From: a virus | Taxonomy: Duplodnaviria > Caudoviricetes | IMG/VR virus record: IMGVR_UViG_3300037510_000137 | Location: 1-26,070 of that record | Length of the DNA stretch: 26,070 bases | Direction: 5' to 3' (one strand) | Shown: positions 7,037 to 16,198 of the stretch, piece after piece | Layout of the letters: the number at the start of each line of letters is the position of its first letter | How positions within the stretch are numbered: position 1 is the stretch's first letter | The notes under the pieces: model-generated | The model's database searches: none | What the model saw: the letters and a program-made list of their open reading frames with translations, nothing else | Told to the model about the DNA's origin: nothing | Translations under genes and position numbers: made by a program

Positions 7037-8644
7037 TTAGTTGGGTCCAACGTGGAAGTGGACCGTCGCGATTACTTGCGCGGATGCGCTCGGTTTCAGA
7101 CGAGCAACCAACGGTTGCCCTGCTGAGATTTGCCACGGCGGATCAAACTTGTGCGTGAAGCCCCCGCCGCCAATGCCCACATATCCGGAGATTTCCGGTG
7201 CGGCAGAGTTGTTCTGCGTGTACACATCGCAGCGCGATACCGCCGCCAGATTGCCCGTGATGAGGATCGAATCGACGAAGATACACGCCGTGCCAGCGGA
7301 GGCCACGAGCACCGTATTCGCCGACGCCGACAACGTGACCGACTTCGGTCCATGCGTGGCAGACGGCGGCAGGCACGCTGCGTTCATCTGCACGATTTGG
7401 TGACCGGCCTTGTCGAACCACGCCCACCGCGCGAGCTTGCTGCCGACCGTGGACGAGATGGACGTTTTGACCCGACCACCCATCAGGACAGGCGCATTAC
7501 CCGCCGTTGCGGAGATGCCTTCTGAGATGCCGCCCTGCACATACATCGTGTAGCCAGCGGACTGGCCTTCGATGTTCACGCGGACCACGCCCGCAATCTG
7601 CGCTTGGATCGTCGCGCTGATCCCGTTCAGGGTGCCGATGTTGGCGGTACCCGCAGCCAGCACAACACTTGGCGTACCCGAGATGTTCACGGTACCCGTG
7701 ACCGCCGCGAGGACAGTTGCCGAGATGTTGTTGATAAAGCCGATGTTCGCCGTACCTGCCGCGAGCACCACAGCCGCGCTGATCTTGTCGATGGTGCCTG
7801 ATACCGGTACCGTGCCCGAGATGGCCACCGTACCCGCGATCGTCACCGTCGATGCGATCGTGACGGCACCGGCAATGAGCGCGGTCCCGCTCACCGTCAC
7901 CTTCGGCATACTGGAGATGTCGATGGCGCCGCTCGCGATCGTCACCGAGCCTGCAACCGTCACCGTGGCGCTGATCCTGTCAATCGTGCTGATCGGACCA
8001 ATCGAGATGGCGGGCATCGACGAGATGTTGATCGCATTCGTGATCGCGCACAGCACCGTCTGACTGATCTTGTCGATGGTCGTAATCGGGCCGACACTGA
8101 CCGTGATCGCAGGCATCGACGAGATATTCACCGTGCCTTGGACCCAGAAGTTGCCCGACGAGTCCACCTTGGCCATGTGGACGTTACCGGTATCACCGCC
8201 GTCCAGACCGCCAACAAGCACCGGCCAGTTACCGGTACCAGACGTGCCAACACCTTGCACGCCAGCGACCAGCACCGTCTTGCTGATACCGTCGATGGTA
8301 GGCTTATTCGTGATCGCCACGTTCGCCGTTGCCGAGATGTTCACGTTCGGCAGTGAGCCGATCGTGACGTTGGGCATCGACGAGATGTTGACGGCGGGCA
8401 TCGCCGACACGTTGATGTTGTTGGAGATGGCAACGGAACCCGTCACCGACACTTGACCTTGAACCGTGACCGTGCCCACAGACGCGTTCACATTCAGCTT
8501 GCCGCCAGTGACTGTCGCAAAACCCGAACTCGTTGTCGGGTCCCCCACGACGATGACCTGTCGCACTGCACCCGATGAAATCGAGGTGCAGTCAACCTTC
8601 TTTCCCGTCGAATCCGGGGGTACTTGCACGTAACCGCTTGCCAT
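7037..8644 (-). CDS. Ser/Thr/Val/Ile-rich repetitive virion fibre-like protein
   Basis: 535 aa; AGGAG RBS; N-terminal VQVPPDSTGKKVD, repeated NISSMP, IDxISxT and VVLAAGTANIG units, and a compact C-terminal beta domain. Confidence 0.7.
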   Translation of the reverse strand: MASGYVQVPPDSTGKKVDCTSISSGAVRQVIVVGDPTTSSGFATVTGGKLNVNASVGTVTVQGQVSVTGSVAISNNINVSAMPAVNISSMPNVTIGSLPNVNISATANVAITNKPTIDGISKTVLVAGVQGVGTSGTGNWPVLVGGLDGGDTGNVHMAKVDSSGNFWVQGTVNISSMPAITVSVGPITTIDKISQTVLCAITNAINISSMPAISIGPISTIDRISATVTVAGSVTIASGAIDISSMPKVTVSGTALIAGAVTIASTVTIAGTVAISGTVPVSGTIDKISAAVVLAAGTANIGFINNISATVLAAVTGTVNISGTPSVVLAAGTANIGTLNGISATIQAQIAGVVRVNIEGQSAGYTMYVQGGISEGISATAGNAPVLMGGRVKTSISSTVGSKLARWAWFDKAGHQIVQMNAACLPPSATHGPKSVTLSASANTVLVASAGTACIFVDSILITGNLAAVSRCDVYTQNNSAAPEISGYVGIGGGGFTHKFDPPWQISAGQPLVARLKPSASAQVIATVHFHVGPN

Positions 8645-8656
8645 GACTGGCTCCTA

Positions 8657-9598
8657 TCAGAAGATACCTTTGTTGCCGGAACGCCCGAACATCTCTTCCC
8701 AGTGATTCGCCACGGCATCAGTCAGTTGCGCGCCCGACATCTCCTTCAACGACTCCGTTGAGTAGGTGGGCGGTGGTGCGCCGCGATCAGCACCCGTAGT
8801 TTCCAATCCTTTCTTGATAATGTCGAGTTTCGATTCAGCCTTTTTCTCAGGAGGCACAACCTGAGTGGATTTCTGCTGATATCCGTACTGTTTAGCAAGC
8901 GCATACACCAGTTCAGCCGGGTTTTTCCGCTGTGCAGCGGCCCCTTGGAGGATTTGCATCTCCTCTGCGCCGATCGCTTGCTGAATCTGTTGCTCAGTCA
9001 GGCCACGCAGCTTGTAATCTGCCGTACGCAAGCCCACAAGGTGGTTGTAGGCGTCAAGATAGTCCGGTTGCTTCGCTTTGAACGCCTCAATCTGCGTGTT
9101 CACCGACTCGATGAACTGGCGTTGCTGTGCTTGCTGCGCCGTCTCTTGCTGTGCCTGCGTCTGGGCCGTCTTCATGGCCTCGACTTGATCGCCAACCGCC
9201 TTGATTTGCTGCGTCAGGTACCCAAGCGGGTCCTTCTCGGGATCGATCGGCGCGGGCTTGTTCGCTTCAGCGGCTGCATCGGCTTGAGCCTTCTGCATGT
9301 CCGCAAGCTGCTTCGTGAGCCGGTCCAGAGTCGCTTGCTGTTGGCGAATTAGCTCTTCCGCGTAGACGTTCGATCCTGAGTCCGTTGAGGGTGCTGGAGC
9401 GACAGGAGGAGCACCAGCACCATCCTTCTCCGATGTGCCAGAAGGTTCCGTCGAAGTATTGCCCGTTTCGACCGGGGAGACGGCATCCCCAGACGCGTTT
9501 GGGTCGGGCGTCTCCGTAGGCGGCGCGGAAGCCGACTCCGGCAGTTCTCCGGTTTGAAAGAAAGCATCGACATCAGCAGGTACGTCTTCCCAAGCCAT
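8657..9598 (-). CDS. capsid scaffolding protein
   Basis: Acidic, Pro-rich disordered N-terminus with a Gln-rich coiled coil (DPEKDPLGY, NPAELVYALAK); lies between portal and capsid. Confidence 0.75.
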   Translation of the reverse strand: MAWEDVPADVDAFFQTGELPESASAPPTETPDPNASGDAVSPVETGNTSTEPSGTSEKDGAGAPPVAPAPSTDSGSNVYAEELIRQQQATLDRLTKQLADMQKAQADAAAEANKPAPIDPEKDPLGYLTQQIKAVGDQVEAMKTAQTQAQQETAQQAQQRQFIESVNTQIEAFKAKQPDYLDAYNHLVGLRTADYKLRGLTEQQIQQAIGAEEMQILQGAAAQRKNPAELVYALAKQYGYQQKSTQVVPPEKKAESKLDIIKKGLETTGADRGAPPPTYSTESLKEMSGAQLTDAVANHWEEMFGRSGNKGIF

Positions 9599-9811
9599 TT
9601 AAGCCCCCAATTTGTTTGCGACACGCATCAGTAGAAGCACCTCTGCGCGGTTTTCACACCGATCAGCGAACTGCAACACAAAATCGCGTGCATCCTGATC
9701 CGACAGTTCAGCGCACATGTTGTCGATCTTCGACATGGCCTGAATTTGCTCTTGTAGCCGCTTGGCTTCGTCCATCGCGGCCTCGTACATCTTCTTGTAG
9801 CTCGCCATCAC
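9599..9811 (-). CDS. hypothetical protein
   Basis: 70-aa helical ORF; start overlaps the portal stop, GGAGAGG RBS. Confidence 0.6.
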   Translation of the reverse strand: MMASYKKMYEAAMDEAKRLQEQIQAMSKIDNMCAELSDQDARDFVLQFADRCENRAEVLLLMRVANKLGA

Positions 9812-12060
9812 ACCTCTCCTGTTTTCACTCCCACCACAGCCCCAGACTTGTCCCGCACAACCTTTTTCGGCGCGTTCATCTGCTTCACGATCTTTTCGAG
9901 GGCACCGCTGAACGTTGTGGTGACCTTATTAAGTGCATCCACGACTTCAGTGTTGTCCATCTGCATCTTGACCGTGCCATCCTTGCCCGACTTGACGCCA
10001 GATTGCGCCGCCTTGATGCGCAGTTGGCCCTCCGTAGACTTCTTGGAGTTCTCCATGTCGTTGTTGACACGCTTCTCTTGCAGCGCTGCTTCGTTCTTTG
10101 CGCGCTGGTCCTCCAACGACATCTTTCCGTCGATTTCCACGGCCTGCATACCCAACTTCGCACGCAGTTCCATCTCTTTCATCATCATGTCGTGCTCGAC
10201 TTCCTTCTCTTTCAGCATCATCTCGAACTTCATCTGTTGCTGCTTCGTCTGAGCGTCGATGATCTTCTCTTGCTTGTCCTGCTTGATCGCTTGGTTCTCT
10301 TGCGTCAGTTGTTGAACCTGCTTTTGCATCTCTTCCATCTGTTGCTGCACTTGCGGCGGGATTTGCTGTTGCTTCGCCTGCTCCATGTACTGTTGCCACT
10401 CCGTGGCCAGTGACGTGGGGATCGGTGCATACGACAGAATCTGCGGCGGAACGGGCATACCGGCTTTCAGCGCAGCCGGTACCAGTTGCATGAGCGCTTG
10501 CCACGTCTGCGTCTTCGTGTCCGGCGCATTCGGCGACTGATCCACCACCACATCAAACTCAAACGCGTCCGGTGCCTTCAGAAGCGGGACCACTTGCTCA
10601 GTTCCCGGACCCACCACGCGGATCAGGCGCCCGTCCGAGATGAACTTCTGAATGAAGTAAAAGAGCATCCGGCCTTGCGCGAAACGATAGCGACGCAGCG
10701 AGTCAAAGATCGGCGCGAGCAAGCCATACGCCGCTTGCTTGCGGCTTTGCTCCAGCACGTTCGCCTGATCGCGATCGGCCAATCCCAGTGCTTCCAGATT
10801 GATACCGGTAACTTGCGGGAGCGAATTGAGGGCGAATTCCATCAACTGAGAGAGGCCAGCAGGATATGCCGCCGCCGTCTTCTCTTTGATCTTGTTGATG
10901 CCGCCTTCATTCAGTTCGATGATGCGATCCGGCGAGGCCCAGTCCTCCCGCGCCTTGCGGATGTCCTTGAACGCGCCCGTCTCACCCATCAACCCGCCCT
11001 TGGCGTTCGAGTTGATGATGTACATGATTTGCGAGAGCCACTTGTTGGCCCACCGCTGCGGGTCCTTCATGACGCGCGTGAGGCCATACCACTGGTTCTT
11101 GTTGCGATCACGCTTGCCCGTGATGCAGTGACGCGTAAAGCCCTTCTGGATCGGTAACGGGCCGAATTGGAGCACGGAACCGTCCTCACCGTCCGTCAGG
11201 AACATGTGGTAATAGACCTTCTTCCACGCCCTGACGTACTTCAGTCCGTGCTGATCGAGCGCCTTCCTGATCTTGCCGAACGTCTTGGCGTCCACGTCCT
11301 GAATCTGGCCGCTTCCATCATCGACTCGGTAATAGACCTCGTTCTGGCAGCACTGGTAGCTCCAGACACGGGTCTGATTGATCCGCTTGTCGTCCTGATT
11401 GTTGTTAGTGCTCTGGTTGTTGGGATCATAGCGATTACCTTGCTGGATGTGCCGCAAGTTGCCGTCTTCGCTATCGTCGCCCGCACCGGCTGTTTCGGCA
11501 TCCGGCCAGCGAATCTTGATCAGGTCGTTGTCCATCCAGACGCCTTGGGCGTCCCAACGGCGATCCGACAAACCGGGCTTCACCGCAGCCGGGTCCCAAC
11601 GCATTTCAATGGGGTCGATGCGCGGCATGACGGGCATCCCGTCCGGGTTCTCCGAGTAATCCATTTTCATCTCGGTCCAACCCATGCCGCAGATAAGCGC
11701 GTCACGAAACGCGTCTGTGTCTTCGTCTTCGGCCTGACATTCGTCGCGCACCCACTTGGATGCAGCGGTCATTGTCTGCGCCACCGCGTCCATGCCGAGC
11801 GTGCGGCACTTGTAGGTGGCTTCCTGCCGGTTCGAGACTTCGGCGCCGCACACGGCGTCGATCATTTTCTCTGAATAGTTGAAGACGACGACAGGGCGAT
11901 TCTGGTCCTTAAGAATCGCCTCGTCCTCTGCCGTCCATTGATTGCCCGCTACAAAGTCGAAGTCATCGCGAGCCGCTTTATGCCACTCCCCGCAATGCCC
12001 CTCTGCGCTTTTGAGCCGATCCACCGCTTGTTTGCGGCAGTCTTCCTGACTGAGTGGCAT
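9808..12060 (-). CDS. portal protein (P22-like, with C-terminal helical barrel)
   Basis: 750 aa; DFDFVAGNQW, RPVVVFN, ALICGMGW and MKDPQRWANKWLS motifs with a long Gln/Lys/Met-rich coiled-coil C-terminus. Confidence 0.9.
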   Translation of the reverse strand: MPLSQEDCRKQAVDRLKSAEGHCGEWHKAARDDFDFVAGNQWTAEDEAILKDQNRPVVVFNYSEKMIDAVCGAEVSNRQEATYKCRTLGMDAVAQTMTAASKWVRDECQAEDEDTDAFRDALICGMGWTEMKMDYSENPDGMPVMPRIDPIEMRWDPAAVKPGLSDRRWDAQGVWMDNDLIKIRWPDAETAGAGDDSEDGNLRHIQQGNRYDPNNQSTNNNQDDKRINQTRVWSYQCCQNEVYYRVDDGSGQIQDVDAKTFGKIRKALDQHGLKYVRAWKKVYYHMFLTDGEDGSVLQFGPLPIQKGFTRHCITGKRDRNKNQWYGLTRVMKDPQRWANKWLSQIMYIINSNAKGGLMGETGAFKDIRKAREDWASPDRIIELNEGGINKIKEKTAAAYPAGLSQLMEFALNSLPQVTGINLEALGLADRDQANVLEQSRKQAAYGLLAPIFDSLRRYRFAQGRMLFYFIQKFISDGRLIRVVGPGTEQVVPLLKAPDAFEFDVVVDQSPNAPDTKTQTWQALMQLVPAALKAGMPVPPQILSYAPIPTSLATEWQQYMEQAKQQQIPPQVQQQMEEMQKQVQQLTQENQAIKQDKQEKIIDAQTKQQQMKFEMMLKEKEVEHDMMMKEMELRAKLGMQAVEIDGKMSLEDQRAKNEAALQEKRVNNDMENSKKSTEGQLRIKAAQSGVKSGKDGTVKMQMDNTEVVDALNKVTTTFSGALEKIVKQMNAPKKVVRDKSGAVVGVKTGEV

Positions 12061-12087
12061 TTTTTGTGTTCCTCACGAGAAAAATCC

Positions 12088-12756
12088 TCACGGAAGCACA
12101 ATTTTAGGGGAATTTTCCCTCGCTGCCTCATAAATGTTGAAAAGAAGCACGTCACGGCGGACTTTTCGAGGGATTTTTTCTACCCCATGCCACGAATTTT
12201 TCGTTTTCCAGAAGCCAAAACACGAATTTGGCTCGTAAGGGGCCGTAAAAACGTTCTGGAACCCCTCAAACGGGTGGTGAGGTCCACCTTCACACGTTTT
12301 TTTGCCATCGGTGGGGACAAAAACGCTCGTGCCTAGATCAAAATCGTCGTAGTGCTTTGGTAGGTAGAAAAGCAGGCTCATGACCTTGCGCGGCGCGTCC
12401 GTGTGCGGCCCGATCGCGTAGCCTTCTTCGTCACGGATAAAGCGCCATTCCGCGTTGAAGTTGGGTCGGTCCTGATTCGGGTACCGCTGGCCGTACTGGT
12501 ACCAGAAATACTGCATCATCGCCTTCGGAAAGCGCGCGGCGTTCAGTTCCGCGAGGAACGGCGGTAGCTCGTCGGTGAAGGTGCGATGCTGATATCCGCC
12601 CGCCAGAGGGCGAAAATCGTGCGTCTCGTCGAGCCATTGCTGGATGTCGGCGTAGATGCCTTCCGGGAACACATTCTTCGCGTAGAAGTGCGGAAACGGA
12701 TAGTCCCGAATCGGCGTGTTCATGATGTTGTAGATCAACGATTCTGTGACGCTCAC
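12088..12756 (-). CDS. 2OG-Fe(II) oxygenase (prolyl-hydroxylase-like superfamily)
   Basis: PFPHFY, IGPHTD (HxD), LLFYLP, GTSVF, SWHGVE (distal His) and RRDVL (2OG-binding Arg). Probable GTG12756 start with GAGG RBS. Confidence 0.85.
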   Translation of the reverse strand: MSVTESLIYNIMNTPIRDYPFPHFYAKNVFPEGIYADIQQWLDETHDFRPLAGGYQHRTFTDELPPFLAELNAARFPKAMMQYFWYQYGQRYPNQDRPNFNAEWRFIRDEEGYAIGPHTDAPRKVMSLLFYLPKHYDDFDLGTSVFVPTDGKKTCEGGPHHPFEGFQNVFTAPYEPNSCFGFWKTKNSWHGVEKIPRKVRRDVLLFNIYEAARENSPKIVLP

Positions 12757-12887
12757 TTGAGTGCCCTCACTGCTTTGGTTTCCATGTAGCCGCACTTGCG
12801 ACAAAGCCGCTGGTACAGAGTCCAGCGGCCTTCCTCGTCATTCCGGGCGATCCAACTGCCCCAGTCATGCGAGCAATCAATCTGCAA
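12753..12887 (-). CDS. small Cys/His (putative Zn-binding) protein
   Basis: TTG start after AGGA; CSHDW...CRKCG; overlaps both flanking genes. Confidence 0.5.
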   Translation of the reverse strand: MQIDCSHDWGSWIARNDEEGRWTLYQRLCRKCGYMETKAVRALK

Positions 12888-13671
12888 CGGTGTCCTGCGC
12901 TGCACCCTTGGCTTCCTGAACGGTCCCGGAGGGCCGTTTGAAGATGATGTTCCCGATCCCAGTAAAGGGACCTTGTTTCCTTCGGGCGAGTTCGATTTGC
13001 TGTTCATCGGTGACAAACCCCATATCAACCAGACGATCGCGGATACGCATATGGTCAGCGTTCGCGCTATCCAGTTCGAGAAGTACGCTCTGCACGCTCG
13101 GTAGAAGTTTCGCCGCGCCCGCCACCACCTTGTCTTCGAATCCATCGACATCCACCTTGATATGGTGAGGCGTCGGCAATCCGCATTCGAAAACCAGTGA
13201 ATCGAGCGTGAACCCGACCGTGCCTTGCTTGTAAGCCCATTGTTTCTCTTCGCGCTTGTAGTTGAGGTCTGACGCGAAGGAATGGCATGAACCGCCTGCC
13301 ATGAGATTGGACAGGCGCAGCGTGTCAATGCGCTGTTCGTCCGAGATGCAGAAGGGGAACGCCACGGCCTTGTTCGTCATCGGCGTGTTGAAGGCCAGAT
13401 TGCGGATCAACACCGCGTAGTTCTGGCTTTCCGGTTCGAACGCAAACACGTGCAGCCCCTGCTTTGCCGCGAGCATGGTGTACAGGCCGATGTTGGCGCC
13501 GACATCGTAGAACACCTCGCCTTCCTTCATGCCCTGAATCCACGCAACCGTGTCCGGTTCCTTCGTGTACATCGTCTGCACGCGCCACGCGATGTGCGAG
13601 TTCGGCACGTTGAACCTCATGCCATCGACAACCACCGTGGGTTGAATCTTTTCGTACTCGTCTAGCTGCAT
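12877..13671 (-). CDS. FkbM-family methyltransferase
   Basis: FYDVGANIGLYT, VFAFEPESQNY and HIKVDVDGFE motifs; GAGGTG RBS. Confidence 0.9.
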   Translation of the reverse strand: MQLDEYEKIQPTVVVDGMRFNVPNSHIAWRVQTMYTKEPDTVAWIQGMKEGEVFYDVGANIGLYTMLAAKQGLHVFAFEPESQNYAVLIRNLAFNTPMTNKAVAFPFCISDEQRIDTLRLSNLMAGGSCHSFASDLNYKREEKQWAYKQGTVGFTLDSLVFECGLPTPHHIKVDVDGFEDKVVAGAAKLLPSVQSVLLELDSANADHMRIRDRLVDMGFVTDEQQIELARRKQGPFTGIGNIIFKRPSGTVQEAKGAAQDTVAD

Positions 13672-13681
13672 TTCTCACCTC

Positions 13682-15091
13682 TTAGTCTGACATCCATGAT
13701 GCGCCGTTACCGCCCCTTCCTTTCCTCCAGCGGTCAGAGATGGCGTTGTGCATCTGACCACTTTGCGCGTAGCGCGCCATCATGACGGCGTAGCGCGTAG
13801 AGCAAATCAAGTCTTCATTCACCGCATTGATTTTACCGTCGATCCGGTGATACATCCGGTACTCGTCGATCCAGTCTCGCAGTTGGTTACTGACCTTGAA
13901 CCGGCCATCGTCCATGCGCTGCTGCATCTCAATGAGGCCCGCTTCGACTCCGTTGCCCCGCTTATCTGGGAACTGCGCGTACTCCGAAAGCATGGCAAGC
14001 CCTTCGTCGCGGTAGATTTGCGCCAGTTGTAGGCCAGAACCCTTGTCCGTTTGCAGTCCATCCTTCGGCCAAGCGACAGGAATCCAATTGCCCCATTTCT
14101 TAATGGCAGACGCATGAATAACAGGTGTTTGCTGCCGCTGCCGGTACGCAGACGCCAAATGGTAGATGTCATTTTCGGGGTCGATGACAATCCGGCTTGC
14201 TGCCGTGGGGTGATCCCATCCGAAATCAAGGCCAATGATTTGAGGCCAGTGATCCGGGATCTCAACCAGAGGCGGCTCAAGAAGGAAATCCTCGTCCGTT
14301 GTGAACACCTTGCCCGATCCGAACGTGGGGATGCCCTTGCTACGCGCATCACGCTCGTGAGGTAGGTACGCCCGTACAATTTCCGCCCTTTCTTCATCGC
14401 TGTAGTGTCCAACGTCATCGATCGTCATCATGACGAGAATCGTGCCCGGTTCCTTGTTCCAGAACCGGAGCACGACCTTCGTCATACCCATAAGCGGTGT
14501 GAACGTGAGATATGCAATGCCGCGTGTGTTGTTGGTGCGAGTAAGCCCTTCGGAATAAATATCTTCGGGTGGCTCTTCATCGAACCAAACAAAGTCAAGT
14601 GTTTCGGCCTGCCATGCTTCGCGTCCGTCCAGATAGCCCTTAAAAACGAGTAGTGACTGATCCCCACTGGTATGTTTGACGAGCACGGATTCCACAGCGT
14701 CCGGAACGCCACGCGCCTTTTTAATTTCAAGGATGCGATCTTTCGGAATGGTGCCCGTCCCGAGTGCATTGGTGGGGCCGAGAAGAATACGTTGTGCACC
14801 GTCCCGTGCCACGTCTGCATTCTTACTACCCGCCCAACCACGCGTCGCACGCTCGAACTTCTTTCCCTCCCACCACTCCGGATACAGACCCGTAAGGTGA
14901 CACGCCGTTTCACAGCCCGCCGCATACGTTTTACCCAATTGGTTACCCGCCATCAGGCAACGTTGCCGGTAGCGGGAGCCTTCGTTGTGAAACTCAATCT
15001 GTTTCGGGTACGGCTTGTACCCGTATAGACTGTAATACCGCTTCAGGTATTTGAGTTCTTCAAGTTTCGCTAGTCGGTTTTCGAGGGACAC
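13682..15091 (-). CDS. terL: terminase large subunit (P22 gp2-like)
   Basis: Walker A MAGNQLGKT, Walker B FVWFDEEPP, coupling motif LTFTP and RuvC-like GLDFGWDHPTA. Confidence 0.95.
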   Translation of the reverse strand: MSLENRLAKLEELKYLKRYYSLYGYKPYPKQIEFHNEGSRYRQRCLMAGNQLGKTYAAGCETACHLTGLYPEWWEGKKFERATRGWAGSKNADVARDGAQRILLGPTNALGTGTIPKDRILEIKKARGVPDAVESVLVKHTSGDQSLLVFKGYLDGREAWQAETLDFVWFDEEPPEDIYSEGLTRTNNTRGIAYLTFTPLMGMTKVVLRFWNKEPGTILVMMTIDDVGHYSDEERAEIVRAYLPHERDARSKGIPTFGSGKVFTTDEDFLLEPPLVEIPDHWPQIIGLDFGWDHPTAASRIVIDPENDIYHLASAYRQRQQTPVIHASAIKKWGNWIPVAWPKDGLQTDKGSGLQLAQIYRDEGLAMLSEYAQFPDKRGNGVEAGLIEMQQRMDDGRFKVSNQLRDWIDEYRMYHRIDGKINAVNEDLICSTRYAVMMARYAQSGQMHNAISDRWRKGRGGNGASWMSD

Positions 15092-15680
15092 GGGGCTTAC
15101 CCTTTCTCGCTGCCGCGAGAGCGCGTAGCTTCTCCCGATGCGCGAGTTGGGCAGGGGTTGCCTGCTTCACTTCCCGCACTTCGACATCGACTACGCCTTG
15201 TGAAAGCCCAATTCCCAGTTCGCGCTCTAGTTGCGCTATTTTTGACCGCACCACCTCTGGGGCTTGTGGTGCCGTGTTGACTTGCTCGCTGATGGTGCGA
15301 TCGCTGTACTTGCTGTCGCCCCACATCGCTGCCGTCTTGACCATTTCCATCATGACCTTGTACTTACTGGCCATGCGTGGATCGTGCTCGTTCATCAGCT
15401 TGTTTTTCAGCACAATTAGCTCGTCGGCGTTGTACGCCGCCCCGAGCTTGCGTGCGTGCTCCCATTCCTTCTTGAATGCTTCGTCCTTCAACCACTCCAC
15501 GACCTTGGTCCAGTCGGGCAGGTCCGGTGGCGTCCAGTCGGGATCATCCACCTCGCGTGCGGACCCGTCCACCGGGTCTATGACTTCGATCTTCGGCGGG
15601 GGTGGGTTCAAAATGGTCTGGATCGGCACGCCGTGAGCAAGCCGATCCAAGATATGTCGCTTCGCCCAAGTCGGGTTCAT
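15060..15680 (-). CDS. terS: terminase small subunit (putative)
   Basis: Immediately upstream of and overlapping terL. The helical HTH-like region (LPDWTKVVEWL..DEAFKKEWEHAR) and KYSD motif resemble Sf6/P22-type TerS. Confidence 0.7.
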   Translation of the reverse strand: MNPTWAKRHILDRLAHGVPIQTILNPPPPKIEVIDPVDGSAREVDDPDWTPPDLPDWTKVVEWLKDEAFKKEWEHARKLGAAYNADELIVLKNKLMNEHDPRMASKYKVMMEMVKTAAMWGDSKYSDRTISEQVNTAPQAPEVVRSKIAQLERELGIGLSQGVVDVEVREVKQATPAQLAHREKLRALAAARKGKPRVPRKPTSET

Positions 15681-15687
15681 CGTATTT

Positions 15688-15969
15688 TCACCACCACACC
15701 GTTGTGTGCCACATCCCTGTAAATCTATCTTGCTCGCGCCTCACGCTGTAGCCAAGGTCGCGCAGCGCCATCTCGAACTCAGCAACCTTCGCCGTCATCT
15801 GGTTCGCGTCCGCAAACACCCTCACCCCATGATTGCCTTGTGATGCCGCTCGTTCGATCATCTCCAACGCGTCATCGAGTGGCTTGCGGTGTTTCTTCGC
15901 CCTCACCACATCCGTCATCGCGCGTGCTTCTTTCGCGTTCATTTCGACTCCTGTCCAGTCGTCATTCAA
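15688..15969 (-). CDS. hypothetical protein
   Basis: 93-aa ORF in a tightly packed operon. Confidence 0.6.
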   Translation of the reverse strand: MNDDWTGVEMNAKEARAMTDVVRAKKHRKPLDDALEMIERAASQGNHGVRVFADANQMTAKVAEFEMALRDLGYSVRREQDRFTGMWHTTVWW

Positions 15970-16198
15970 ACTCCCTCCTGATCCCGTCCGCGCACTCGTA
16001 GGTCTTCACCACCTCGGGCGAGTATGTCTTCCCATGCCGCACGTTGCGGCCCGTCTCTGCCTTCGCTACAAGCTGGCATCCATGCTCCCGTAGAAACTGC
16101 GTATGCTCGTGATCCTGATACACCGCCAAGCCGATCGCCATCACGAACAACATAATCCCGGCGCCGATCAGTGAACCCATTGTGATGTCCGGGTTCAC
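15962..16198 (-). CDS. small membrane protein
   Basis: N-terminal TM helix (LIGAGIMLFVMAIGLAVY) and a two-Cys soluble domain; GTGA overlap with the upstream gene. Confidence 0.65.
   Translation of the reverse strand: MNPDITMGSLIGAGIMLFVMAIGLAVYQDHEHTQFLREHGCQLVAKAETGRNVRHGKTYSPEVVKTYECADGIRREFE

Noticed and set aside
12088-12756. Oxygenase as a TET/JBP DNA-base hydroxylase for DNA hypermodification
   Set aside because: The motifs look like the prolyl-hydroxylase-type group, no DNA cytosine methyltransferase or replication genes are adjacent, and the context is morphogenetic. Disfavoured but not excluded without HMM or LC-MS data.
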